Positions 46,256 through 60,500 of a stretch of 64,000 nucleotides of DNA are shown one piece after another. The translations under genes and the position numbers were made by a program. Under the pieces are notes generated by a model, which made no database searches, had not been told where the DNA came from, and saw only the letters and a list, made by a program, of their open reading frames with translations. This DNA is from Eledone cirrhosa. Lineage: Eukaryota. Numbering within the stretch: the first letter of the stretch is position 1; every line of letters begins with the position of its first letter. The stretch lies in assembly GCA_964016885.1 (NCBI GenBank), contig OZ024747.1, positions 7,688,001 to 7,752,000 of the forward strand, given 5' to 3'.

Positions 46256-48949
46256 CTGTTTAGTATAACAATTTAGTTACATAGCCTGCCTGTCTTTATA
46301 CCTAAATGTCTGTTTGTGTGTATATATATATATATATATAATCACAAACGTATATATATATGTTTTGATTATTTATTTTAAATGTTTTTTTCAGACGTCA
46401 TCATATTAGTTATTGTTTATCTATACTGATAGGATAGTTTTTTTGTGTACTAGTCTGCTCGTTACTTTTTGTCAATTTTCTTTAACGCATGCAAAATTCT
46501 TTCTCTCTCTCTCTCACTGTATATATATATATATATATACAATACACACACACACACACATACATTCCAGCATCCTTGTAATACATTGCTTCCATATAAA
46601 TTACTCATGTCACATCCATACCGATGTCTTTTCTTCACGGTAGCACTGCCACGAAATGAGGGGCTTATTTACTACAATTGATATGTATCATAGTCTTCCC
46701 CCTTTTTGTAACTGCGATATTAATGCTCCCACTTTTCCTACCTCGTCACACAATACCCACTTTACCAATTGGAAGAACACACACACTATATATATATATT
46801 ATATTATATTATATTAAACATACATGCTCATGTGAAATATTCTCTCCATCTATTCTTTTACATGTTTGTCATACGAAGCGTAAGTTTCAATTCCTGTTAA
46901 AAGGTTAGATGATGACGATTTAAACACTGTTGAGATGTAACTGTTGCAGGATATCGATGAGACATTTTTGTAAAGAACTTTGAGATGTTTTATGCTGCCT
47001 GTATCAGGTTCTGAGTTCAAGCTATCTTTATTCTTAGCCATTTTTCAACCCCTTTACGGTAGTGGATAGTCGATAAAATACCTGTCATACACTGAGTTGA
47101 TTTCATTGGATTATACTAGTTATTTGAATATAGAGCGATTCACTGAGTTACAAAAATCTCAAGGCTAGATACTATTCTATCGGTATTGTGTACAAACTTA
47201 TCTATTTCTCCCATTTACGAGTTTTATCCCCGGCTTAGTCCTCCTACCTTCCTAGTTTTCTCTTTGGGGTTTTAAAGATAAGTTCTTATAAAATAGCAAG
47301 AGCGTTTCAAACGAAACAATACCTTTGCCCTATTCTTTATGTGGATTACAAACTCATAATAATAAAAACTTATGTAGCCAGCTTGGTTTCTGAGAATGAG
47401 GAATCATGGTTGGTTGTAAAATCTTTTTGTGTGTGTATTTTTGTAACGCGAGTCACACTTTTAGACTCTATACATTGCTGTGTGTATATTGGACGCTTAT
47501 GTTTAAAAAAATATATTTTTTTCGTATGATGGACCATCTTCACCTGGCCACTGGCATATTGTGATTTCTATTTAGCTGAATCTCAACTATTACGTATATA
47601 CAAGGTGCATATACGTAATGGTTGCAATTGTTATTTAGCCCCAAGTCAATCTTGATTGAAAATACTTATTTAAAGGAGTTTTAACAATGGTAATTCGATC
47701 TTTTTGCATATAAGGAACTATTGTGTCCACTCTATCTTTTATTGAAGATGGCAAGGTAGGATTTGACAGATTTGGCTGCTATTTCTAGTACGTTGAATGA
47801 CTGCAGTCTGTTGCACACATTGTTAAAGGTGTTTTTGCATCCAATGAAAAACCAACTTAATCTTTCTTCCTGAATGTTACTTTTTCTTTCTATCTCCAAA
47901 TAACCCTTAATCCGTCTGTAAAGCTTTATGTTCCATATCATATCTCAAAAGTGAGAGGTAAATAGGCATTTAGATCTCTCCAAGAGGTAAACCTAATGGC
48001 AAGTTTTTAATAATGCTATTTCCAGACTATCCTGATTCTGTTACCTTACTGTCCTAGAAATGATCTTTCACAAATGTCAACAAATTTTTATTTGAATAAT
48101 TTAGTCAAATGAGAAAAGGTAGTGCTCACCACCATTTAGAACTGGAGGTGAGGAGTAACCTAGTCTGAATACTTGCAAAGGGGGTGGTCCCTGCAAAAGG
48201 CACCCCAAACCAGGTTGTAGCCCCTGCATAAGCACCCCAAAACCAGATGGTGGTGTTAAATAGGTCATGTAGTCATTTTTAAAAACAGTCTTTCCTTATT
48301 GACAATTGTTTTTTGACATGACTGAACATTAGATTGACATCTTGGGGAAAAAAAGCTAAGCCCACAATTTTTTGTCTTTGCTTCTCAAGTTGCCTCAACC
48401 CATGAAAGAGTTGAGTTTGGCACTACACGCTAATGAAGTGCTCATCACTTTTTTTAATACTGCTCCTGCTTATAGCCTATGATCAGAGGAAATTCCAAAT
48501 GGTCGCAGTTCATCTGGGCTAGACAACTACCACTACTACTATAGCTATTACTATCTTAGTTACCACTGTCAACAATAGAAGAATTGAAGCTAAACAACAA
48601 CATAACATCAGCAGTGTTGTATAATGTCAGGTGTTCAAACACCAGTTCTACAATGTAGTACATGCATGGTTGATGTAGACATCTTATCTTTATCTTGGTT
48701 GTATTGTCATCTTCAAAGCTAGCTTTGTTTTAGTTTGGAGATCCATCACAGCACAAACATTCACAACTAAATGCTTATTCACATTATTCTGATGTATAGC
48801 TGTGAGACACGACCAATAAAACATTGTACTTACACAGGATGGCAGTATTTTGCCTTCGTTGAATCCTCTGTTTGCACTTTGGATTCCAATTGTTAGGCCA
48901 CAGTAACTAAGAATCTCTGATGGTGACTGAACATTAACATACTTTGGAA

Positions 48950-49340
48950 CGCATTTAAAGCCTGGCCCTTCTCTTTAGAACCAGAAAACACCATGGCTCA
49001 AACAATTACTCTACAAATTTCATTTGAGACCTACAGGGGGGTACTGTTTCCATGTGGGTGAGTGCTGCTGCTGCACGCATAATTTAGACTGCATCTTGAC
49101 AAATTAACATATGGCTCTTACACATGCTACATCTTTCTTCTACCACAACTACAATGGTTTCTGCTCCTTAGAGCTAGCTCGCCTCATACCACTTCAACCT
49201 AAGCACATCCAAATCTCTCATCTGTACTCCTTTGGCCCTGCACTAGCTACTGTGCCCAAAACATTGGCCCTTTGGAACTCCTTTCCTGTTCATACCTTTT
49301 CTACAGGTGTTGACTTGCAATAATTGAAGTGGATTATAAT
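48950..49340 (+). mobile_element. Degenerate CR1/Jockey-group LINE 3' fragment
   Basis: Remnant motifs FFYHNYNGFCSLELARLIP and PKTLALWNSFP..VDLQ. Confidence 0.55.
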
Positions 49341-49429
49341 AGTATTGGTCACATTGACCTTCTGTGCTGTGTGTATACACATACTGTATTGTGTTGATGA
49401 TACTCAAATATGATATATATATATATATG

Positions 49430-50430
49430 AAGTTCTTAGCTAAAAGTAAAGCTCCTCTACCTGACATTTGTTGACCTGGAGAAAGTTTGATGGTCTCTTG
49501 TGCCATAATCTGGTGGACTCTAAGAAAACTAGGAGTAGGTGAGTGGCTTGTGAAGGCTGTACAAGCCATGTATAGAAGAGCAGTCAGCAAAATTAGGATT
49601 AATATTGACTATAGTGAAGAATTTAGTGTGCAGTTTAGTGTCCACCAGAGCTCTCTTCTTAGCTCACTCCAGTTTGTTATAGTCCCGCAGGCTATAACAG
49701 AGGAGTTTAAGACTGGCTGCCCATGGGGGTTCCTGTATGCAGATGATCTAACACTTATAGCTGAATCTATGGCAGAATTAAAAAAATTCCAAATCTGGAA
49801 GCATGGCCTAGAATCAAAAGGTCTTAAAGTCAAACTGTCAAAGACTAAGATCTTAGTAAGTAGAATGGAAAACAGGGCTCTGATCCCCCCCAGGGAAATG
49901 GCCTTGCTCAGTGTGCAGCAAAGGTGTAGGTAGAAATTCCATCCTCTACCCCAAATGCAAACTATGGGTACACATGAATTGTAGTGGGATCTCAGGAAGT
50001 TTAGCTAAGAGCGTAGGTTTTGCATATGGCCATTGCACATGAACATTAAGCAGGAAACAAGCTCTATCAAATTCTTGGAGGGTTCCATAGAAGCAGTAGA
50101 CACTTCTGCTATTTGGGTGACCAAATCAGCAGTGGAGGTGGGTGTTCTAAAAGTACAGTAGCCATAGTGAGAATGGGATGGGAAAAATTCAGGGTGCTAC
50201 TACCACTGCTAGCTACTAGAGCTTTTTCCCTCAAAACGAAGGGCAGATTGTATAATGCATGTATATGAACAGCAATGTTGCATGGAAGCAAGGCCGGGGT
50301 GCTGTGTGCAGAGGTCCTGCGAAGATTGTAAAAAAAAAATGAAGTATGCATGCTTCAATGGATGCGTAATATTGATATAAATGAATGGCAAATCATAAAT
50401 GAACTGAGAAACTGGGCATAAGAGGCATCT
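49430..50430 (+). mobile_element. RTE-clade LINE reverse transcriptase fragment with PHD-like finger
   Basis: FVDLEK, IWWTLRKLGVGEWLVKAVQAMY, LYADDLTLIAES, GLKVKLSKTKILV, GKWPCSVCSKGVGRNSI..CKLWVHMNCSGI, FCYLGDQISSGGGC; frameshifted. Confidence 0.88.
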
Positions 50431-51322
50431 CTCTACTCACTATGTTCCTTTGTCATCTCCTCTGTGAGTCTCAGTAATTTGAGATCAGTTCTCACCAGGT
50501 CTTCCTTGGTATACCTCTATTGCAGCTTCCCTCCCTCCTGGTGCCTGTTTACCCATCGATTTCACATGTCAACACCGATATGGTCTTCTCTCTTGCACAC
50601 CACTTCAGATTCCTTTTATATGATATATATGTGTTTATATATATATATAATGTAGATATTCATAGGGGAAATGCTAGGTTTGACTTAAGCACACATGCTG
50701 TGTTTAACATCTTTACAGAGTCATCATTACATAATACTACTACTACTTCCTCCAATGAATAATTGCACTTGGATTTAACAGATGTGTGTGAGATTTGGTG
50801 TTGAAGTCTGCTCTGATCTAGTAGATCTGTGATAGTCTTCCAGCTTAGACCATTCCACCTCAGATACCATATTTCTACAACTATATTTTCCAATGTTTCC
50901 TTGTTTTTTTTTCCATAGTTTTATTTGTTTGCTATTTTAGCAAGTTGAGCAACTACCAAAGGTTGAAGCCCCTTCCTCTTGGCTTACCAATTTAAAAAAA
51001 AGCATGTAGCAACTTCCCTTTACTATACAGACCAACACCTTGTAACTGCCCCTCTTATTTTTGCAATCAGACATTATTTTTTTCATAAACCAGATATTAC
51101 ACATGATCTTTTCATTAACTGTCACCCTCTTAACCTCTTTTACACAACTTTTTGTGAGGGAGTTTAGCGAACCAAAGCTTGATTGTATGGGTAGAGAGAG
51201 ATGCCACAGATTTTTGGTCTGAATGTCAGGAGTGTGCAATTGATTGGTTCTGAGTAGTATAGTACATTATAGTTGCAATGGATGTGGCTGGCTGGACACA
51301 AGGTGTTGAATGCTTTCATTAA

Positions 51323-51510
51323 CTCTTTAGCATTTACATCATTCTATATTTACTATTGTATTTTCACAGTAAAAGCTTTATCTTACATAATACTACATAT
51401 TGAATCTACTAGATTTTGATGTTATTTATCTTGAGAACAATATCTTAATGTAGGTGTAAGTGGCCAGTTACAGCCGGTTTGAACAGAAAGAGGTGAGACA
51501 GTTCTGGCCA
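51323..51510. mobile_element. piggyBac-type MITE, opposite orientation, one end truncated
   Basis: ttaa|CTCTTTAGCATTTACATC.. is the reverse complement of the 29588 copy's right end and continues to ..GAGGTGAGACAGTTCTGGCC. Confidence 0.7.
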
Positions 51511-54500
51511 ATGTTAAGGAAAGCTGGATCATAGGGTGGCCCTGACCATGTCTGTTTGAAGATTAGGTAATCAATACATACATCTGACTGCAGCCTTATT
51601 TTTGTTTTAATTCAAGGTACTCTCTTGTCTTTTTTGCAAGACAATATTTAATACACGGTCTTTGTTATAAAGACTTCAGAGTTTGTTGAAATAAGTTAAT
51701 AGACTATATCAAAGTTTCCATGATGGCTTTGTGGTTGACTTGCCATCAACTAGGAAATACAGATTTCATCTCTATGGAGAATAGTTTGTATAGGTATGAG
51801 GCTGTATTTAAGGGCACCTTTGTAAAGGCTACTTCTTTCAGTTATACCTGACTTGGTGTAAAATGTTTGTGTGCGTGTGCCAGCAAGTGCACGTTGCTAT
51901 GTTATTGGGAAATAATTATATTTTTTAAAAGCCTTGTTGATTTGCATTGTAAATAGTCTACTGTAGTTGCCAATCTAGTCTATACTACCATTAGTGTTAC
52001 TATTATTACTACTATTATTGCTTATACTGTTGCTACCACTCCCACTGCTGCTTATACTGTTGCTATTAAAACTACTACTACCACCAGTACTACTGCTTCT
52101 ACTCTTGAGAATACCACCATTTGTACTACTATTTTTGCTATTATTACTACTTTTATTGTTATCACCACTAATATTACTATTACTACTACTACTATAACAA
52201 TTTAACTTGCCTTTCCTTCCACAACTGTACTTGTGGTTTTTGACTTCAATATATGTTAACATAAGTTAGTGTTAAACATTTAATACATACATGAAGCAGC
52301 AAAAAGTTAATTAGAACTATGCAGTGAAGAGGCAGAACAATATTCATTAATAATTTTTGTTTTGTTTTTCTGGTCTAGGTATGACACTATTCTAGGCATG
52401 TTTTGGTCTTATTCTAACCTCTACAATTATTGTTGAAGTAGTGATGGCTGTTAGGTTAAGAGGTTTGCTTCACAATCATAAGTTTCTGGATTCAATCTTA
52501 CTATGTGACATCTTGGGCAATTTTCAGTGACCCATGGGTCGACCCAAGTTATGTGAATGACATTGGAAAGATGGAAACTGTTTGGAAGAACATCTGTTGT
52601 TCTGTATTTGTAATTCAAAGAGAGTCGGCCTTGTCATGTACTGTTGTGCTGAATCTCCCTTAGAATTATGTTAAAGGCACACATGACTGATTACCACTTG
52701 CATGATAATTATACAAGCAGTCTGTTCCATTGATTGGACAAGTGGAACACTCATCTTTGAAACCAGATGTTTGTTTACTTTTTTTTTGTAAATGAATCAC
52801 TAAAATAAATATAGATAGTACAGTTTTGGGTGTAGAAAAATTAAATTGCTTCAAAATTCATCGGTTAAGATCCATAACATCACACTGCCCAAATCTTTTT
52901 GTCAATTAACTTGATTCAATTAATAACTTAATTTTGATTCCAGGTTGTCGATTGGTTTGCAAAAAAAAAAAAAAAAGTTGGCATCAGCAAAATCGTTTGT
53001 GAAAAAAATACTGCTTTAAATATCTTGTCCAACTCCTGTTAACATGGAAAAGTGGATGCAATGATGATGATTTTATAACATGGAGTTATGAGTGGAAATG
53101 AAGCAACCACTGAAATAATTTTATTTTCACTTGTGCACTAACAAGCACTTACACCTGTTTTTATCTGTCTTGACTTTTAACCTAGTCTTTTTCTCTCTTG
53201 TAGGGACAGCTTTAAACAAAAAGTCAGAATCTTCTATTTCTAATTATAAACTCAGAGGAGCAAATTGTTGCTTTTTAAGTAGTTTGTTGAATTCAAACCA
53301 GACAGGGGTGGGAAGATAGGTAAACCAGTATGGGCCTACAATTTTGAAGGCCTATTTATTCATTTAATGTTCTACATTGTAGGCTACATATACATGTATA
53401 TACCTGTAATCTATGTATAAATCATTTATGTGAAGCACTGATTACTAATATACATAAACAATTTGAAATGAAGTCTATATTTCATATTTGGTCTGGGTCT
53501 ATTATTAGCTTTGCATGGACTTGGTTATGTTGATGGTTGCTTGAGATAGTAAAGTATTTTGGTTTCTTGGTTCAATGTTTTAATCTCGCTGGAGTTGACT
53601 TGGTTTTTCAACATTTCAGGACAGATCAAATGTATTCATTCCTTTTAAAACAGAAAAGAGGGTATGTGTAATTTGAGGGACATTTAGTAATTTCTAGCAA
53701 TTTGAGTAACTAGGTAAAAGCTCTTTTATTTTGGGTTGTTTCTAGGTGGATTGTTCAATATTTTGTGAAGAGGGTAGCAAGAATTAGTTGATGTCTGAAA
53801 GTGAGAATGGTACATGTGGTCAACATTTCTTCTAGGCTGGACAGGATTGAGGTCTCTCAGAAACTACCAAATATACTTGTATAATAGCTATAAATTAAAA
53901 ATACTTTTGCTCAAAGCATCAAATTAGAGGGAACATTTGTTGTCGGTTTGTCTTTTGTTGAAGTATTCCTATATTTTTGTGTAAGTCTATCATGGTGGTT
54001 GATTTTAATGTCTGAATCTGTTGAGTTGGAGAGAGAAATGTGTAGGTTTGTGATATCTCGGATGAGTCTGACTCGGATTATCTAAGGGATAGGGTCATGG
54101 AGTTATGATATTGCTTCAGTTAGTTTTTTTTTTTTTTTTTTAATTGAAAATTGTGATTTTAATGAATTTAAATTGGACAGTGTTGGTATGAGGAGTTGAC
54201 TGTGATGTGTGCAATAAAACATTCTTTCACGCTCTGTGTTTTAGGTGTATGTTTGATTTTCTTTGTTATTGAAGATTTCCCTACTGCTTTTCTAGTATTG
54301 GAATGAAGGGATTACGGTCTAGGTGCACAGTAATCTTGCAGTTTGTATTGTCTTTGTGGCTGATTTTGGAAAAATGGTTGTATAAGTGTTAGGAAGGGCA
54401 TCCAGCTGTAGAAACCAAGCCAAAACCAGTTCTCTATGAGCAAGGCCTGGTCATCACAACAGGGCAACTTGTCTAACCCATGCTAGCATGGAAAAATGGA

Positions 54501-55712
54501 TGTTAAACATTGATGATGATGGTGAAAGGAGTTTGCTTTCTGCTGAAATGAGAATATATTACTTGGAAGTTGTTTTTGTGATGGGTGGTGCAGCAATTTA
54601 CATATATAATTACTTAATCAGGGAAAGAGGCCATGCTCATGACAGTTTTCATGGCCTCTGAGACTGGTAGGAGTGAAGGCGATAGGCATCCTCAAACTAG
54701 ACATGGTCTGAATGCTTGTGAGAGACTAGACTCTACTAAAGGCATCCAAGAGCCAGGTTGATGTCTTAAACTGGATGATGGATTAAGTCTACTATCCAAG
54801 TAAACCACAACAGAATTTGAACTGAGAATACAAAGACCTGTAATAAATGCTTAGTGTTTTGTCTTATGTTCAAACAATTCTGCCATTCCGACACCCTGGA
54901 CTGGTGTTTATTTTATCGATCACAAAAGCATGAAAGCAAAGTTGACCTTGGCATGCTTTGAAGTCTAGGTGCAGAGTGTTGGAACAAATAACCACAAGGC
55001 ATCTTGTCCTACATACTGACAATTATTACCAGTTCACTACTTGTAAACTGCAGTATGAATATTGATAATTATGTTGGTGTTGAATTTTGTGATTCTATAT
55101 TCTGTTTCTTGGTGGAAGTGGTTCCACAGGGAATAATTTTTAAGTTTGTTGAAGTGTTTTATTTTAAATTTTATTTTTTTTTAAATTTCATTCATAGATG
55201 TTTATGTTTTGATGATAGCTGATTGGGCAGCTGTATAACCATGTTGTTTTGCTAGGTGTAGGGAGCAGAAACTGTCTAATCATTCAACTTTTTAATAAGC
55301 ACATAACCATTTCCAGTCCATTGCAGTTTGTATAGCCAATAGACATACCACAGATTCATAAAGATGTGTGTGTACATGTATGTATATATAGACATGATTA
55401 TTTCATGCTTGAATCTTGATTATAGCTATTTATACTCTAAATCTGATATTGAATGCTGTTTCTACTGTTATTAATATTTAAATAAACTTAAATCTTTATT
55501 TTTTTTGTCTGATATCAATTCATTCTTGCTTGATAGATATTTTTAAAGCTGTTGTATTTTTAAAGAGAAAAGATACTTGAAAGTTAACAATTGCTGTTTT
55601 AGTTCTGTTGGTCACTGAGCATGCAATTTGGTTTCTATAAATGAATTCCTTATCACTTCTATTGATATAATCTCTCTTTATGATAGTTTAGTATTGTAGA
55701 TGAGTGTATTTT

Positions 55713-56045
55713 ATCATCATCATCATTTTACGTCCGCTTTTCTCTGCTTGTAAGGGTGGGACGGGAACTGATTCTGGCTTGATTTTTACAGCTGGATGCC
55801 CTTCCTAACACCAACCTCATTTACAGTGAGTGCTGAGTGCTTTTTTGCCGTGGCACCTCCACGACCACTTTGCAGTGGAATGATAGGGACCCCAGTCCCT
55901 ATCATCTCATTTCTACAGCTGAGTAAACTGGAGCAATGTGAAATAAAGTGTCTTGTTCAAGGAAACAACACATCACCCGGTCTGAGAATTGAACTCACAA
56001 CCTTTCGATTGCAAGGCCAATGCTCTAACCACTAAGCCATATGCC
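55713..56045 (-). mobile_element. tRNA-derived SINE, same family as 36181-36512
   Basis: High identity to the 36181-36512 copy over its full length. Confidence 0.8.
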
Positions 56046-57416
56046 TTAGTTGAAGTAAAATAGCTGTATGGTTAAGGTGTTGGATTTTTGCTTCATGAAT
56101 TCAAATCTACTTTATCTCTGATAAGCAGAGTTCTTTTTTTTTATATTGTGGTATAAGTTGTCGTGACCTGGAGAAGAGATAGGCTCTGCTAGTTTTAAAA
56201 ATTCCCTAGAAACACTGTACATTAATATGGCACTCCTACGACTCCCTCAGGAAATATGGGGCCATGCATGCGTAAGTTGTAGTATATATATATAGCATCA
56301 GTTTTAGGTAAAGTTACTTGTAACTGACCAGAATACTTCATTTAAAGGAAGTTTATTTCTTCTGCCTAATGTTATAGATAATGTAGTTAACAGCTCTATA
56401 GTCTTAAAGTTGGTTGAAAGATTGAATAAATGTATTGTCTAAACGTAGCATGGGAATCTAGCTAGACATGATGTTGAAATGAATTCTTCCTCTATATCTC
56501 TTTCTCCCTTCCCCTCTCTCTCACTTTCTATCCTTCTCTGGAAGAATTCTGCTGTGTTCAGACCTGGAGAAAGATAGGCTCCGGCAGGTTTAAAACTACC
56601 CAAGAAATACTGTATGCTACTATGGCACCTCTACAACTCCATCTGAGTTCACATACCGCTGAGGTCAACTTTACCTCTCATCCTTTCGAGGTCGATTAAA
56701 AAAAAAAGTACTAGTCTAGTACAGGGGTCAATTCTTCCTCTATATCTATTTCTCCTTTTTATATCAAAACTAGTTGAATTATTGCTGGTCATTAAAACCC
56801 ATTGAAGAAGAATGTTGTCGATATGAAAATGTGCTAAATTGGTATGGCTCCATAACTCCGGGTGTGAGGATCAGAGGCATGAACTGTTCAGGATTGAGAG
56901 ACTGCCAAGTAAAACCGAAATAGTTTTGAGAAAGTGCATTCAAAATGACAAAGTATTTGCTCTGACTGATGCCAAAGAGAACAAATGTAAACTTATTTTC
57001 TATTTTCTACCTCTCCCTTAACTAAATATACATGGCATTCAACCTCTACACAAAGCTCTTTGCTCTTATGGTTCTATCCACCATATCATCTCAACATTGT
57101 GACTTTGTTTTGTTGGGACTTTGGACCAGCCACATGCCTGGTCTATAGCCTCCACTAGATTGTGACATAGAAATTCCTAATTTTCCTCTATAATATAGGT
57201 CTTCATCTCTTCCATACTGTCGTAGGCATCAAGTAAAATTACCCTGAATTTGTTGCTAGCTGAAGGTTCCTTCAATTTCCATGTATTCCTTCTCCAGATT
57301 GATTTTATTTCCCCGAGTCCATTCAACCCTCACTGATTATGAATTTGTGTTGAGTGGTACATTCTTTGCCTATGGAAAGACTTACGATTTAGGACCATTT
57401 GTCTATCACTTTTCCT

Positions 57417-57506
57417 AAGAAAATATTTATTCTTTCACTTGTTATATCAATCCTTAGTACCGAAGAAAATATTTATTCTTTCACTTGTTATATCAATCCT
57501 TAGTAC
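57417..57506. repeat. 46-bp-period direct duplication
   Basis: AAGAAAATATTTATTCTTTCACTTGTTATATCAATCCTTAGTAC occurs twice. Confidence 0.9.
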
Positions 57507-60500
57507 TTTGTCTGGTACTTATTTTATTGACCTTGGAGGATTTCATGAAGAGATCTAACTAGGATGTAAACATATATTGTAATGTTTTGTTTGACTCACT
57601 AGTGATTCTGCTATCCATCTGATCACATACACTTCAAACAGGTTTTCACAGTTTCCATCTACCATCATATTCCAAGGTTTTGGTCAACCAGAGGCTATGG
57701 TAGAATACACTTAATACTACCATGACTGTATTTTTTATGAAATAAACTCCATTTCAATGAATTAAGGAAGAATTTTTAGGGATTTACTAAAATTAATAAT
57801 TTAACAAACAGTTCTTAATGCTGGAAGATTTTAATTTAAATAGAATCTTTTTAAAAGGGTGGTTTTGTTTCACAGAACCAGAGTTAGTTTCTGTTAGGAA
57901 TTAATCTAAGAAGCTCATGGCATGTTTGAACCTAACACCACTTAGTTGCAAAGCAAATTTAACCTGCACGCATATATATCTCATGAGTAGACATACATTG
58001 TATGTCTATAATACATGTATATATTAAGTTTCCCTTGGTAGTGTAAGGAGAGTGAGGTTAGTGTAGTTTATAGGTGTACTGTATGTATATGTGTCTGTAT
58101 ATATGGTGAGTTTTAAAAATGTATGTTTTCTGGGTCTAATTGGTCCTTATAGACTAGGGGCTGGATTAGTGTAGTTGGTTGAAATTGTAACCATATAACA
58201 AAAGCTATATGATGGTTGAGATAAAAAATTAATATTTTGGAAGGTATTGTTGTGCCTGAGGGAAGGAAGATGGCTACCTTGTGGTAGGGTGGCTGTCTCT
58301 TTTGAATAATGGATTTAATGTAGATTGGGTGTATGCACACACCTTACAGACAGTGAATTGCCAGGGTTGTTGGAACATAGCACAAAATGCCTGGCAGCAT
58401 TTGTTCTGGCTTTCTGCACTCTGATCCAATTCAAATTCTATTGAGGTCAAATTTATCTTCCATCCTTTCAGGGTTGATAAAATATCAATGGTGGATTGGC
58501 AGAACTCTTAGAGCAATGGATGGGATATATTGTTGTATCTGTTCTGCCTGTGTGTGTTTTGAGTTTAAACCCAGCTTCTTGACACTAGAAAAATGGTGAC
58601 ATAATAGGACTGGGGTTCTTATCCTTAAAACACATAGACCTCCTGTGAAATACCACTTTCATCCTTCCTGGATCAAAATAACTACTAGATAGTTGTTTGG
58701 GTTCAACCAAACAATTGTACTTGTCCATTTATGGCCTCATATCAATGCAATAAATTAAGAGAAGGCATGGCTATGTGGCTGTGAAGTAAACTTCACAACC
58801 ACATACCCATGACTTTGTTTTAAATTTTGCGTTGATTCCTACATCAGGGCACCTTGGAAAAGTATCTACTATACCCTTGAGATTACCAAACCTATTGAGT
58901 AAATTTGTCAGGTGGAAACTGTGTGTCCGAAACATCCCAGCTGTGACCACTCTGTCTTTGTATGTACCAGGCACTACCTTATCTAATCTATCTTTAAGAT
59001 TGTAGGTTGTAATTTGAGTGAGATTATCTGCTATTTCTAGCAGGCTGAGAGACTATGTAAAGCAGTGGTAGGGGACCCCTTGCCCTTCAAATCAGAAACT
59101 GCTAGTCTAAAACAGTAAATTAAAAAGATTCATGATTTTTATTATCACTGCTGTGGCTCCACTTGTGTTTCTGAAATGTATCCCTGGCATTAGTTTCCCC
59201 TTTGTGTGTTGAGGATCCATTGTTGACTTGTGATTTATGATGTGCTAATGGTGAACATGTAAGGTTCAACTATCATCTATGGTTGGCTACATTGTTATTT
59301 TCTCTCATGTCTACTATTTGTATTTAGCTTGTATTGCTTTGTTTGAAAATGTAAATATGTAAAAGCAACATGGAATAGATAAAAATCAACAAATTTGTTT
59401 GGCTAAAGATATATGAGCAGTCTCATCTAATGGAAGATGTTTAACTTCAGCCTGATTCAGCAGACCTATGATCAGATGTTCTAGATGTGACCATCCTGTA
59501 GTTTTGTGCAGATGTAGTGTATTGAGGACTACAAAGGTGTTGTATTTTTAAGAAGGTTGAAGATTTTGCTAGTTTATGCAGCAAGTTCAGTAACCATGTT
59601 ATTTAGCTGCATGTGTCCTGACAGAGCAAACCAATGATAAAAGTTGTTTAAGCTTTGAACATCGTTTCTAGGACTAGTATTCTCCAGACTGTTACTCAAT
59701 GTCCACTTTTTGAAAAAAGATGGTATAATGTGATTTAGCTGCTATTTCTAGTAGTAGCTTGAGTGACCACATTAGGATTTCCCCGTTGAAGATTCTTCTG
59801 CAACACACAGGTCAACTGGATGGAGATTATCTCTTGGAATGGTTAGCCGTGATAGTGTTGGACTGGTCAACTATACCACTGCCTTCAGGCGGGAAAGTAG
59901 ATTCTAGAAATTCAGTGGTAAAACTGAAATTAGATTTAAAAATGAACGATACATCTTGAGCTAATTTACAAATTTTTTAATTGAATTTTGATGAGTTCAA
60001 ATTAGAATATCAGTGGTCTTTTATTATAATAAATAAATAAATAAATGCCTGATATACTTGAATGGTGGTGGCATAGAACTGTCTTTATGTCAATTTAGAA
60101 TTACCAACTGGAGAAGAAAAATCAACAGAAAATCCTTTAAAAAATTTGCCTTTCTTAATTAGATGTGTGAATGATCTAACATATAGGTGAATAGATTTAA
60201 TAGATGTAAATTAGATTTACTGTTGTGAAGTAACAAATTCCATAGACGCACGACAAATTTAGTATTCCAAATCTTATCAGATAGTACCTATGCGTGTGAC
60301 CTTTCTTTTGGCACCTGTTAGTTTTATGAAATCATGTATCTGCACAATGAAAGACTTGCTTTTTCAGTGTGTGCACTTTTTTCAGTAATAAGCTTCAACT
60401 TCTCTTGTCTTTTTAAACCCCTGCCTAGTTCTTGACTCCAGTAAGAGCTGTCTTGTAATGTCCTCCCACCTTTACAGGTTTCTGTTCAGTGACTTTGTCT

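Noticed and set aside
51975-52262. Poly-Leu / Ser-Asn ORFs (also 33473-33850, 42451-42928, 31332-31676)
   Set aside because: Degenerate trinucleotide repeats without splice or homology support.
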